Shown: positions 45,090-55,609, numbered from the stretch's first letter. The stretch is DNA of 64,000 bases from an archaeon (GCA_041657425.1 JBBABY010000001.1:85510-149509), one strand, 5' to 3'. A program made the numbers and translations. Notes: generated from the sequence alone by a model not told the origin.

Positions 45090-46844
45090 ATGATAAAGAA
45101 ATTAAGTCAAGAAACAATTAATTTAATAAGTGCGGGAGAAGTTATAGAGGGCCCAAGCGATATATTAAAAGAATTAATTGAAAATTCTATTGATGCAGGA
45201 GCAAAATCTATTGTCATTAAATTAAAAAATTGCGGAATAGATTTAATCGAAATAAAAGATGACGGTTCGGGAATTAGTAAAGAAGATTTAGAGGTTTGTA
45301 CTCAAAGACACACCACAAGTAAACTAGAAAAAATTGATGACCTTTATTCAATAGCCACTTTTGGTTTTAGAGGAGAAGCATTATCAAGTATCAATTCAAT
45401 TTCTAAAATGGAGATTATCAGTACTGATAATGATGCTGGGCAAGGGTATATTTTAAGAAATGGCGAAATAAAATCAATTTCTTCTCCAAGAGGTACAATC
45501 ATAAAAATCGAAGATTTATTCTACAACGTCCCAGTAAGAAAGAAATTTCTAAAATCAAAAACATTTGAATTAGCTAAGGCAAACAACACAATACTAGAAT
45601 TTGTAATACAATATCCAGAAATTAGATTTCAGATATTCTCTGATAAAAAAGAAGATACTTATCCTAAAACCACTCCAGAAAATAGATATTCTCAGGTTTT
45701 TGGTAAAGATATATTGTCTAAAGTAAATACTATTGATCAAAAATCTGAAATTTTAAAAATAAGAGGAATAATAGCTAAACCTAAACATTATTTTTTTTAT
45801 CCCTCTAATTTTTTATATATTAATAAAAGACCAGTAATTAGTACACAGGTAAATAAGATTATTATTAATTCTTATAAAGACTATTTAATGACACACCAAA
45901 AGCCATTCTTTGTGTTGTTTATTGAACTTGATTCAAAGACAATAGATGTTAACATTCATCCTAAAAAAAGATTTGTAAAAATACAAAACGAATTTTTATT
46001 TAATTCCGGATTAAAAGAAATTATTAATTCTGTGCTTTTTTCAAATACGAAAGAAACAGTAGTTTCAGAAGACAATAGACAAATTACGGATTTTTTAGGT
46101 AATTCGTTTAATGTTGAATACCCTGTGAGTTCTAATAACTTAAATTCTCCAAATCAATTAGATTATTTAATAAAAGAGAATTCAGATATCAAAAATGAAT
46201 TAAAAAATAAAGATATATTTTATTTTACAAATAAAACAGAAGAGATTAGAAAAGTTGTGCTTGATGCACATGAAATAAACGAAATTGCGGGGCAAGTATT
46301 TGATACATTTATTGTATGTAAAACTCCTGATGGTTTATTGTTAATAGATCAACACGCTGCAGAAGAAAGAATAAATTTAGAAAAAAATAGATTAGCATAT
46401 TCTTCTGAATTTAAAATACAAAATTTAGTTATTCCCCAAAAATTAGATTTTATTTCGGATATTCAAAAAGAGTTTATATTAATTAATAAAAAGTTATTGG
46501 CAGATTTAGGATTTACTATTGAATTAAAAAGAGAGAGATTATATTTAATCACAATTCCTGAATTTTTAGAGCATTATTTCGATTATAAGTTTTTTTTAGA
46601 ACTGCTTCAAAATATTGAAGAATCAAATAATTTTGATATTGCCAAAATTAAAGATAAGATTTTAAAATTGAAATCCTGTAAAGAATCAATAAAAGCAAAC
46701 GCTCCTCTAAGCATTTCTCAAATATATAATTTGATTGTAAATTTAGATAAGTGTCAAGACAAAGGGATATGCGCACACGGAAGGCCCACTTATATTTTGA
46801 TTAATAAAAAAGAATTAAATAAAATGTTTAAAAGGATTATTTAA
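45090..46844 (+). CDS. mutL: DNA mismatch repair protein MutL
   Basis: GHKL ATPase motifs (ISAGEVIEGPSDILKELIENSIDAG, DDGSGI, FGFRGEAL). C-terminal dimerisation/endonuclease region (QHAAEERINLE, CAHGRPT). Confidence 0.9.
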   Translation: MIKKLSQETINLISAGEVIEGPSDILKELIENSIDAGAKSIVIKLKNCGIDLIEIKDDGSGISKEDLEVCTQRHTTSKLEKIDDLYSIATFGFRGEALSSINSISKMEIISTDNDAGQGYILRNGEIKSISSPRGTIIKIEDLFYNVPVRKKFLKSKTFELAKANNTILEFVIQYPEIRFQIFSDKKEDTYPKTTPENRYSQVFGKDILSKVNTIDQKSEILKIRGIIAKPKHYFFYPSNFLYINKRPVISTQVNKIIINSYKDYLMTHQKPFFVLFIELDSKTIDVNIHPKKRFVKIQNEFLFNSGLKEIINSVLFSNTKETVVSEDNRQITDFLGNSFNVEYPVSSNNLNSPNQLDYLIKENSDIKNELKNKDIFYFTNKTEEIRKVVLDAHEINEIAGQVFDTFIVCKTPDGLLLIDQHAAEERINLEKNRLAYSSEFKIQNLVIPQKLDFISDIQKEFILINKKLLADLGFTIELKRERLYLITIPEFLEHYFDYKFFLELLQNIEESNNFDIAKIKDKILKLKSCKESIKANAPLSISQIYNLIVNLDKCQDKGICAHGRPTYILINKKELNKMFKRII

Positions 46845-46846
46845 TA

Positions 46847-48022
46847 TTATAGTCTAACAATCCAAACATATATTAAAATAGTAATCAGTAAGAACACTCC
46901 AATCATTTCCTTTACATAATCTTTTTTAATATCTGTATTAATAGTAATAAGTTGAGCGCTAACCCCATTTTCAGTATTTCCTACATTATAATATATTGTG
47001 GCATTAAGAGTGTGCTTTCCGATTTCATCAGTGATTATTTCAAAAGGGATTTCTTCAACTGCATATTTATTTAACATTTCAATTTGTCTTTTTGATAAAG
47101 TAATTTTATTATCAAAATTAGTTTCTATAGTAATATTCTCTATGTCGCTTTCAGACACATTTTTTATTATGATTTTACCTTGCGTTGGTTCATTAATGAT
47201 TACATCTCTAGGTGTGTCGATATAAACTTCAATTTTATTTTGGTTTTCCACTAGATTTATTTTTTCTTGTTTTGCATATATTGTTTTTGTATTTTTAAAT
47301 TCATCTATATATGTTAATTTTGCTTGCGGTGTTGCAAAACTAATTGTTTTGTTTGCTTTCAAAAAGTATTTTAACACTTTCGTCTCTCCTGGAAGTATTT
47401 CTCCAGAATAATTAGTCTCTCCAGAAACCGTCTCTAGATTTGAATTTTTAAGAAATATATCGTCTGCATAAATTATATTTACAGTTACTGTTTTCGGACT
47501 GTTATTTTCTGCATAGATTTCAATAGGTATTAACACATTATTATATCTTTCAGTGGTTAACACTTTTTGGTAAAATTCTGCAGGTTTAATTTCTCCAATA
47601 AGATACGTTCCAACCGTGCTTCTATTGGATATAATTACAAGAGGCAATACGAAATTCTCAACACACAATTTCAATTGATTATTTTCATTTAATTTTCCAG
47701 TTAATTCTAGATAATTACTAGCAACTAAATCTTTTGCAAAAATAACACCTTGTAAATTATCATTAAGATATATACTTAGATTAAGGTCATCTTTTATAGG
47801 AATGTAATTTTCTATAATTATATTTGAAAATAATCTAGTTTCTGTAGTTTGATTTAATTTTTTAAAGTCATAAATTTTACATAAATTGGTATTTTCTGAG
47901 ACCTTTAGATTTCCGTATCCAAGTTCTGAAAAATTAATTGAATCAATTTTATCTGCAACAACTAAATTAAGTGCAAGTGTTAATAATAAAATAACAAGTA
48001 TTTTTTTAAACATATATATCAC
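46847..48022 (-). CDS. Exported protein with Ig-like (CARDB/NEW3-like) modules and a C-terminal TM anchor
   Basis: N-terminal signal KKILVILLLTLALNLVVA, C-terminal helix MIGVFLLITILIYVWIV. Beta-rich segments such as GKIIIKNVSESDIENITIETNF. Domain naming is tentative. Confidence 0.45.
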   Translation of the reverse strand: MIYMFKKILVILLLTLALNLVVADKIDSINFSELGYGNLKVSENTNLCKIYDFKKLNQTTETRLFSNIIIENYIPIKDDLNLSIYLNDNLQGVIFAKDLVASNYLELTGKLNENNQLKLCVENFVLPLVIISNRSTVGTYLIGEIKPAEFYQKVLTTERYNNVLIPIEIYAENNSPKTVTVNIIYADDIFLKNSNLETVSGETNYSGEILPGETKVLKYFLKANKTISFATPQAKLTYIDEFKNTKTIYAKQEKINLVENQNKIEVYIDTPRDVIINEPTQGKIIIKNVSESDIENITIETNFDNKITLSKRQIEMLNKYAVEEIPFEIITDEIGKHTLNATIYYNVGNTENGVSAQLITINTDIKKDYVKEMIGVFLLITILIYVWIVRL

Positions 48023-48110
48023 ATTTTATGGTATTAAGTAATATATAATATAGAACATTTTATTTAAATATCTTACTTTTGAGCAATTATAAGATATAAG
48101 CAAAGTAAAC

Positions 48111-51100
48111 CTAATAATGTCTCAATATCTTTTGTTTTTTATCTTCTTTACTTAGTTTTTTCCGACCTTTTTTTCCAAATATAGCTGCGCTAATCGCAAC
48201 AACAAAAAACACCCCTGCGATTGCAAATAATTGATAATTAATTTTAGAAACTGGCGCAGTTCTAGTGTTTAATAGTTTTATGTTTGTAATCACTGTCAAA
48301 TATTTTTTATTTTCGTAATCTTTTTTTATTGTTTCTATTTTAGTAGTATTTTCTTGTATTTTAGCTATTTTTGAATTATTTAAATTATTTAATTCAGTAG
48401 TTGCATCTTTTTTAAATTGAGCTAATCCATTAATAACTAGATTTATTTCATTATTTAAATCTTTTAATCTATCAATACTAACAACATCTGTGTTTTGTAA
48501 GGCTTCAGAATAATCATTAATACTATAGGGTTTGCTAAAATCATAATTATTTTCTTTAAAAGAAACCGTATCTAGATAACTTAATTTTTTTTTCAATCTA
48601 GTTGCATCATCAACAGTAATTATTGGGTAATATTTTACTGCATAAAGGTCTGCAAGAGTAATGTCTGCATAAACCCAATTTACTTCATCAATTGCATCTA
48701 ATATATTCGTTTTATCTAATTCTGCAAAATAATTTATATATTCATTTGTTTCTTTTGATTTATTTTTTATTTTTTCATTTATTTCTGCTTCTATATTCAC
48801 TAGCTCTATTTGGTTGTTTTCTGAAAAAGTAAGTGCATTTAATTTATTTATGGTTTCAGAATCAATTGTATCGGTATTTTTGCCTAGATCAATGAGGTTT
48901 TTAATTTTGTTTTTAAAATCAGTATTTTTGATATTCTCTTGTGTTTTATACCTGGCACTTATAGTATTCTCTAGAGCGATAATTTTTTTATATGCCTCTA
49001 TGGGGGTTGTATTAATTAATTCTTCGATTTTATTTAATTCAATTTCTTCATCTGCAGTTAATTGAAGTTCAAGTATTTGTGAAATAATTAGATTGATATT
49101 ATCTATTAATTGTAATTTTTGTTTATATTCTTTTTCAAGAACACTTAATTTCGTTCTTAAAGAATATATTTTATTTATTTCTTCAAAAGTGTAATTATTT
49201 TTTGGGAGTAATTCTCCAATTTCTGGCAATAGCATTTTACTTTTAGTTGAAATGTCACTAAATTCACAATTATTTAATAAATTTATTCTAGAGAGGATAT
49301 CTTGAACTTCGGAATCCACAAACGCAAGATCTTCTATTAAATTTATTTCAATAGTTTTTTCTTCTTGGATTTTAAAGCAAGTATTTATACTTAATTTTCC
49401 ATATTCTTTGTACGCATTTGTATTCTTTACATTTCCATTTTCTTTTACTAGTGCTACACAATTCTGGCAATTTGTAATTACTAATTCTCCGCAGAATTCT
49501 TCAGGATATACATTTTTTATCCTAAATTTATCTACAAGGATTGTCTCATTTGATTCAGTGTTTGTATTTTGTTCTAAATTTGTTATTGCCAGAATTTGAG
49601 CATAATATAATATTTTATTTTCTTTTTGAGTAATATATTCTATTTCTTGATTTTCTGTTAATTTATAATTCAAGGGGTCTATAAGCACAACTTGTCCAAG
49701 ATTTAGTGTATCGACCACCCCAATTACCTTATTTTGTATAATTGCTTCTAGTAGTGATTGATCTAAACTTAAAGTTATTACTTTTGTAGAAATTGTTCTT
49801 TGATTTTTGTAATTAATTTTGAATGTATTAATGCCTTCGACTAATATATCTATGCAGATTTCGTTTTTATTGATTTTTAAACTAGAATCTAAGCTATTCA
49901 TTACTGCTAAATTTATATCATTTGGAGAAAAACAAAAATCTGTAATTGTGAGGGTTCCGGGATTTTCAATTTTTAACACATATCCATTATCAGAATATAC
50001 GATTTCATAATTTTTTAAAACCGTTTCCAACAGCCGGCCTTGCCAAATTTTTAAAAGTTGTTTATTAATTTTATTTAATTCTGAAAGATAACTATCAATA
50101 TTTATTATAATTTTATAATTGGGATATTTTTGATATCCTTCTATTTTATCTTCGTAATCCAGCAAAAGTATTTGTGTATCAAAATTTAATTCAAAAGTTT
50201 TTATGCTTTCAATTACGTTTTTATTTTCAGAAATTAATGTAAAATATAACAAGATTTGAGTATCATCTTCTAGAATATAATTATATTGATTCAAAACATC
50301 GATGCATTCAAAATCTATATTTAAGTTTGCGTCTTCTAGATAGCCTAAACTAATTAGTTTGCTATAATTTGATAAGCAATTTCTATTACTTAGTGCGTCT
50401 TTTAATTTCTGGCAATATTCTAATTTCGCAACCCCATTTTTTTCAAGATTGTAATTTTCAATAATTACTTTAAAATACCAATTATTGTAATCTTTTGCGT
50501 CTTTAATAACTATATCACAATATTTTAGTTTTGTATTTAATATACTATTTTCATTTTCTGCAGTTAGTTTAGTGTCTTCAAGTGTTGCACTTAATTCTTT
50601 AAGTTTAGCAAGATAAAATCCAAATTTTAGTTGATTTCTAGAATATTTTTGTTTATAATCTAAAAACAAATCTTGGTCGTCAGAAGAGAGATAGTTTATG
50701 TCCTCATTAATATTTTTTTCTAAACTTGCAATTCGTTCAAAAACAATCTTTAGATCTATATTTATTTTATTGTTCAATTCAATAAATTTTTTAAACAAAG
50801 AATCATTTGCTCCAAGATGTTTATCAAAAAGAATATATAAATTATAATTGTCTGCCTTAGAGAGATTAGTATTTATTTTTCTAAAGTTTTCAAAAGTAGA
50901 TAATTTAGAGAATACAAAATTACTTGATTTAGAAATGATTGGAAGTTTTAACTCTTGTTCAGGATTATCAATATAGTCTTTATAATATGCGTAAATATCT
51001 ATATAATTAACACTTGACATATAGCTTTTTGCAAATCCAAATTCTTTAGCAAGTTCACTTGCTTTTTGTGCTTCTCTCTTTAAAATAGAAACATAACTTT

Positions 51101-51638
51101 CATTTCCAATTTCTTCATCTCTAAGTTCATTTAAATTTTGATTAAGTATTACAAAATCTGTATATATTTCTTCTTCATTAATTTTTTCCATCCCATTTTC
51201 TTTCAAATATATAGTATAATTCTTTAGAATCTCAATACTTTTCTGAAATGCTTGATCTTCATAACTAAAGATTTTAGAAATATAGAAGAAAAGATTATTA
51301 ATGGATTTAATAATTTGCAAATCTTTTTCTCCTGCACAAAATCCGTTAATATTTTGGATCTCGGTTTTTGCTTTATTAAAATAATAAACTGCTGATGCAA
51401 TATTATTCTTGTATATTAAAATTTGATTTTTGGTATCTATTGGAATCTCTTCAGACATAACCCATCCCGAAGAGTTGATTTTTTTAAAACAATCAGAGAT
51501 TTTTGAGCAATCATAGATGCTTGTTTCAGAATAATCAGTAGAAGATAAACACAGTTGTTTTTCTCTTGTAGAAATTAAATCAAGGCATCCACTAAATAAT
51601 ACTAGTATTAATACGCAAAAAAATATAATCCACTTCAT
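48111..51638 (-). CDS. Giant (1175 aa) exported coiled-coil-rich protein with lipobox-like signal end and a C-terminal TM anchor
   Basis: MKWIIFFCVLILVLFSGC at the N-terminus. Long Asn/Lys/Glu/Ile-rich helical regions. C-terminal YQLFAIAGVFFVVAISAAIFGKKGRKK. Confidence 0.45.
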   Translation of the reverse strand: MKWIIFFCVLILVLFSGCLDLISTREKQLCLSSTDYSETSIYDCSKISDCFKKINSSGWVMSEEIPIDTKNQILIYKNNIASAVYYFNKAKTEIQNINGFCAGEKDLQIIKSINNLFFYISKIFSYEDQAFQKSIEILKNYTIYLKENGMEKINEEEIYTDFVILNQNLNELRDEEIGNESYVSILKREAQKASELAKEFGFAKSYMSSVNYIDIYAYYKDYIDNPEQELKLPIISKSSNFVFSKLSTFENFRKINTNLSKADNYNLYILFDKHLGANDSLFKKFIELNNKINIDLKIVFERIASLEKNINEDINYLSSDDQDLFLDYKQKYSRNQLKFGFYLAKLKELSATLEDTKLTAENENSILNTKLKYCDIVIKDAKDYNNWYFKVIIENYNLEKNGVAKLEYCQKLKDALSNRNCLSNYSKLISLGYLEDANLNIDFECIDVLNQYNYILEDDTQILLYFTLISENKNVIESIKTFELNFDTQILLLDYEDKIEGYQKYPNYKIIINIDSYLSELNKINKQLLKIWQGRLLETVLKNYEIVYSDNGYVLKIENPGTLTITDFCFSPNDINLAVMNSLDSSLKINKNEICIDILVEGINTFKINYKNQRTISTKVITLSLDQSLLEAIIQNKVIGVVDTLNLGQVVLIDPLNYKLTENQEIEYITQKENKILYYAQILAITNLEQNTNTESNETILVDKFRIKNVYPEEFCGELVITNCQNCVALVKENGNVKNTNAYKEYGKLSINTCFKIQEEKTIEINLIEDLAFVDSEVQDILSRINLLNNCEFSDISTKSKMLLPEIGELLPKNNYTFEEINKIYSLRTKLSVLEKEYKQKLQLIDNINLIISQILELQLTADEEIELNKIEELINTTPIEAYKKIIALENTISARYKTQENIKNTDFKNKIKNLIDLGKNTDTIDSETINKLNALTFSENNQIELVNIEAEINEKIKNKSKETNEYINYFAELDKTNILDAIDEVNWVYADITLADLYAVKYYPIITVDDATRLKKKLSYLDTVSFKENNYDFSKPYSINDYSEALQNTDVVSIDRLKDLNNEINLVINGLAQFKKDATTELNNLNNSKIAKIQENTTKIETIKKDYENKKYLTVITNIKLLNTRTAPVSKINYQLFAIAGVFFVVAISAAIFGKKGRKKLSKEDKKQKILRHY

Positions 51639-51735
51639 AGAGGTATTTTAGATCAAAAGAGCAATATAAAATCATATGCATGATATTTTTGTAAAAACTA
51701 GAAAAAGAGATAAAGAAAAGGTAAGAATACAAAAA

Positions 51736-52086
51736 TTAATATTTTACAATTCCTTGTGCGTTTATTGTTATTACAGTGAACTTAATTTTTTTTTCCATAA
51801 GTAAAGCTAAAACTGCACTGTGTTCTTTTCCACTGCCTGAGTGAATATTTAGATCGATATCCTTAGCGTCAGTAGGCATTTGTTTTTCAAGATCTGTCAT
51901 TATTTCACTAAATCCTTTTCTTGGGTCAATAATTATCCAATTAATTGGTTTAGTACAATTAAATTTATCTTGTGCCCATTCATTTGAGATTAAATACACC
52001 TTGTCATAATCTACATTATCGATTATGTGTGCGACTTGTCCCCAAGTACCTTTTCCTGTACTTAATATTCCTAAAAATGCTTTCAT
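51736..52086 (-). CDS. Small alpha/beta hypothetical protein (116 aa)
   Basis: Glycine-rich loops STGKGTWGQ and HSGSGKEHSAVLALL; no confident family assignment. Confidence 0.4.
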   Translation of the reverse strand: MKAFLGILSTGKGTWGQVAHIIDNVDYDKVYLISNEWAQDKFNCTKPINWIIIDPRKGFSEIMTDLEKQMPTDAKDIDLNIHSGSGKEHSAVLALLMEKKIKFTVITINAQGIVKY

Positions 52087-52104
52087 TGTTTATCACCGTT
52101 TTTT

Positions 52105-52428
52105 TTATATTAAACTAAATTCTTGTTTTGTTTGCGTATATAATGTAATGAATCTTTTACCTTTGTCTGTAAGAAAATAAACTATATTGTCGTTTACTTT
52201 TATTTTTTTCACAAGATCTCTTTGTAATAGAGTATCTAATATATTATATAATATAATATCTTTTTTTATATATATGTCTTTCCCTACTATATTTTTGATA
52301 TTTTGAAGATCTTGGCTATCTTTTTCTAGGATTTCCAAAATTTTAAGATATTCTTTAGCATTTAGCACATCATATAATCTAGGCTCGTCAGCTAACATTT
52401 TTAGCAACACATCTTTATTTTCGCTCAT
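52105..52428 (-). CDS. Small winged-helix DNA-binding protein
   Basis: EYLKILEILEKDSQDLQNIKNIVG...ILYNILDTLLQRDLVKKIKVNDNIVYFLTDKGKRF fits a wHTH (ArsR/MarR/PadR-like) pattern. Confidence 0.55.
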   Translation of the reverse strand: MSENKDVLLKMLADEPRLYDVLNAKEYLKILEILEKDSQDLQNIKNIVGKDIYIKKDIILYNILDTLLQRDLVKKIKVNDNIVYFLTDKGKRFITLYTQTKQEFSLI

Positions 52429-52443
52429 AATATCATCTACACC

Positions 52444-53979
52444 TTAAACATTTTTAATCATATATGGTTCTGATAGTTTATATCCTTGGTTCTTATAGTA
52501 CTCTCTAACCCCAATCCCACTAATTATCACAATTTTGGTAAATCCTTCAATTTTAGCTTGTTTTTCTGCTTCTTTAAGTAATTTCTTGCCAATTCCTCTG
52601 TGCTGTATATTTTTATCATCAAAATGAGTAGTTTGTCCATAAACGTGCAGTTCTCTAATAATCGCGGTTTTTTTATCTATTTGTTTTATGAAGGGACAAG
52701 CAGGAAATCTAAGTCTAATAAATCCTAATAAGTACCCTTCTTTATTCGCAGAAATAAATAATTCTTTACCATCAGACGCCAAATATTCTTCTTTTTCTAT
52801 TTTATATCCTTTTATATTTGCTAATTGGCCTTTAGGTTCATTACATCTAATGCAATTACATTTAGTCCCTCTAATCTTAAGTTCATTTTCTACATATTGT
52901 CTTAGATTACTTTTCTTTATGCCTGCAATAATCTTAGTTGCGGGAATATCTCTTTGTATTCTCATTATTCTAACCCATTTAGGCGTAATTTCTTTAATGT
53001 CTGCAATTAACTTAACGGTTTTATCAAAAGTATATTCTTTGTATTCTCCAGAATAATACATTTTTTCTAACTTGGTTCCGCCGATTACTAAGCAAGGATA
53101 TATCTTAATCATATCTGGGCAGAAATCAGGATTGTTAAATATTTTTTTAAAAGAATCTAAGTCTTTTTTGTAATCGCTCCCAGGTAATCCTAGCATTACA
53201 TGATATAGCACTTTAAATCCCGCATCCTTTAATTCTTTAGTTGCTCTTATGATTTCTTTAACATCGTGCCCTCTATTTATAAATTTAAGAACTTTATTAT
53301 TAATTATTTGTGCGCCAATTTCTACTCTTGTGCCTCCAAAATTAAGTAATCTTTCAATTGTTTCTTTATCACAAAAATCTGGTCTTGTTTCAAAAGTTAT
53401 TCCTACAATTCTGTTTTTAGAAATCATTGCTTTTTTCTTGAGTTTATTTAAATCTTTTTCAGTTTCTTTAGAATTAGTAATTTCTTGTAAGACTGATTTA
53501 ATAAATTCATCTTGATATTTTTTTTCTGTTGCAGGAAATGTTCCTCCCATAACAATTAATTCAATTTTATTAATGGGATGTCCTGTAGCCTCTAATTGTT
53601 TTAATCTATCTTTAATCTGCGCTCGCGGATCAAAATTATTTCTCTTTGCTCTCATACTTGCAGGTTCAAAACCAGTATAGCTTCTAGGAGCATTAGCCCA
53701 ATTAGGGCAATATATACATTTTCCTGGACAATCTCCAGGCCTTGTCATTATTGCGACAATTGTAACTCCTGATTGTGTTCTCCCTGGTTTAGTTATTAGA
53801 AATTCAGGAGGGTTAGTGATTCCAAGAGCAAAAAATATGTCTGAAGTTAATGGCATTTTCTTAAGTGCATATTTTTTAGAAAATTGTATTTTTTTGACTT
53901 CAAATTGTTGTTTAGACATTTTCTGAGTTGCACAGTTTTTAAAAAACTTAGCAATTTTCTTTTTGTATAATTCGTCCAT
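52444..53979 (-). CDS. elp3: Elp3 homolog (radical SAM + GNAT; tRNA U34 carboxymethylation enzyme)
   Basis: Radical SAM cluster DCPGKCIYCPN, ELIVMGGTF, C-terminal GNAT (QHRGIGKKLLKEAEKQAK). 511 aa. Confidence 0.88.
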   Translation of the reverse strand: MDELYKKKIAKFFKNCATQKMSKQQFEVKKIQFSKKYALKKMPLTSDIFFALGITNPPEFLITKPGRTQSGVTIVAIMTRPGDCPGKCIYCPNWANAPRSYTGFEPASMRAKRNNFDPRAQIKDRLKQLEATGHPINKIELIVMGGTFPATEKKYQDEFIKSVLQEITNSKETEKDLNKLKKKAMISKNRIVGITFETRPDFCDKETIERLLNFGGTRVEIGAQIINNKVLKFINRGHDVKEIIRATKELKDAGFKVLYHVMLGLPGSDYKKDLDSFKKIFNNPDFCPDMIKIYPCLVIGGTKLEKMYYSGEYKEYTFDKTVKLIADIKEITPKWVRIMRIQRDIPATKIIAGIKKSNLRQYVENELKIRGTKCNCIRCNEPKGQLANIKGYKIEKEEYLASDGKELFISANKEGYLLGFIRLRFPACPFIKQIDKKTAIIRELHVYGQTTHFDDKNIQHRGIGKKLLKEAEKQAKIEGFTKIVIISGIGVREYYKNQGYKLSEPYMIKNV

Positions 53980-54003
53980 AATTAAAATAATTTAAAGAAA
54001 GAA

Positions 54004-54858
54004 TTATTCAGAGATAATTCTTATAACATTATTAAAGAAATAAACTGGTATTGAATTAAGTGAAAATGTAGGAAAATTATAAAGGTTTGCGCCATATAAT
54101 GCACTTAAATCTTTTTGAATATATAATTTTGCATATTCTGTATTTCTTTCAAATAGCACTTTGTTAAAGAAAGTATTTGTTGGCAATAAATTGTTCTGCG
54201 TTTCCATGTCCGTATAAATATATATCTCGAAGTCTTTATCTCCAATAGATTTAGGCACAAACGAATAATTTACTTCAACAGTTCCGCTTGGCTGTAATAC
54301 TACTACTTCGTTTTTTTTTAATTTTCCTGTGATTTTTGAATCAAACCAACTGATTGGCAAATTAGAGGAAACCGTAATTCTTTTTGTAGTTATAGATTTA
54401 TTAATTACTTTTATTTTAATATCTTTCTTTACTCCAAATTTTATGGTTTTATCAAATGGCAAAATAAATGTGGAAATTGCATTATTAGAAATATTTACTT
54501 TTAGATACGCGTCTTTTGTTTCATTTGTTTTGGTATTCTTTAGAACAACTCTTATTTGTTGATCTCCAATGGTATTTTCTTTTATTCTTGCAATAGTAAA
54601 TATGCTTTCTTTTGTAACTTGTGTATTTTCAAAAAAGATATAGTTTGCTCCAATTGCATCAGTAGTAATAACATCATATTCTTCGCCTTCATTTAGAAAA
54701 AAGCTTATTAAGAAATATTCTCCGGGAGCGACAGTTCCAAGTTCAATTGCACTATTGTCAATTTCGTCAGTCATTATTGGTTCAAGCATTTGTAGTGCGT
54801 GAATCTTTGGTACAATCAGTAAAATTATAAAAATTAAAAATATTTTTTTATTAAACAT
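54004..54858 (-). CDS. Exported beta-rich (Ig-like) protein, unknown function
   Basis: Signal peptide KKIFLIFIILLIVPKIHA. Beta-strand-rich repeats resemble those of 46847..48022. Confidence 0.4.
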   Translation of the reverse strand: MFNKKIFLIFIILLIVPKIHALQMLEPIMTDEIDNSAIELGTVAPGEYFLISFFLNEGEEYDVITTDAIGANYIFFENTQVTKESIFTIARIKENTIGDQQIRVVLKNTKTNETKDAYLKVNISNNAISTFILPFDKTIKFGVKKDIKIKVINKSITTKRITVSSNLPISWFDSKITGKLKKNEVVVLQPSGTVEVNYSFVPKSIGDKDFEIYIYTDMETQNNLLPTNTFFNKVLFERNTEYAKLYIQKDLSALYGANLYNFPTFSLNSIPVYFFNNVIRIISE

Positions 54859-54988
54859 AAACTATTCCTTTTTTTCTTTTTTAACAACTATATGTTAGTT
54901 ATATATTATTTTTGTTATATATAATATATACTAAATTATTTATAAACCTAATTAAATTGTTTAGAAAGCTAATTAATACCGAATAATT

Positions 54989-55606
54989 ATGAATACAAAT
55001 TTAATAGACTCAAGATTTGCGATGTTAAAGAAACATCACGCACAAACATTACGAGATGCGATGGAGAAAGACCAAGTAGATTCTCCTGTAATTCCTTTTC
55101 TTTTAGAGGTGGTTAAGATTCCAGACATTTATACCTCGAGTAGTTGTTCAGGAAGATTAATGCTCCTTGGAGGAGATGAAGATGAAAATAAAAAGTTTTC
55201 AGGGTTTGTTAATAGATATCATAGATTAGTCACTTATGACGAAGTAAAAAGAGATGTAGAGAACTTTAATACAGGATATTTGTGGTTAAAAGTAGAACCC
55301 TTCATCTTTCATTTTGCAACTAAGGATTATGCAAAAGCAAAAGAAATACTTGATTTCTGTAGAGAACAAGGGCTTAAAAAAGCAGGGATAATCAGTGCAA
55401 AAGAGGGAAGATTTACTTGTGAAGTCACTCACACAGTATTTATTTCAACACTTATTAAAATTGACAAAAATCAATTAGTAACTGATGATTATTTGAAGAT
55501 ATTAGTAGATATTGCAAATAAGAAATTAGAAATTAATTTTAAAAAGTTAGAAGAATTTGAAAATTCCTTTTTAAAGAAATTCCAAATTAAAGTTAAAGGC
55601 AAATAG
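54989..55606 (+). CDS. taw3: tRNA wybutosine-synthesizing protein 3 homolog (Taw3/TYW3)
   Basis: DSPVIPFLLEVVKIPDIYTSSSCSGRLML carries the SSCSGR signature of TYW3. Confidence 0.75.
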   Translation: MNTNLIDSRFAMLKKHHAQTLRDAMEKDQVDSPVIPFLLEVVKIPDIYTSSSCSGRLMLLGGDEDENKKFSGFVNRYHRLVTYDEVKRDVENFNTGYLWLKVEPFIFHFATKDYAKAKEILDFCREQGLKKAGIISAKEGRFTCEVTHTVFISTLIKIDKNQLVTDDYLKILVDIANKKLEINFKKLEEFENSFLKKFQIKVKGK

Positions 55607-55609
55607 TAC

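Noticed and set aside
48111-51638. Lipobox-like LFSGC at the signal peptide end of the 1175-aa protein, as evidence for archaeal lipoprotein maturation.
   Set aside because: It is a single occurrence with Phe at -3 (atypical). No lgt/lspA-like genes are in the window. It is mentioned but not claimed.
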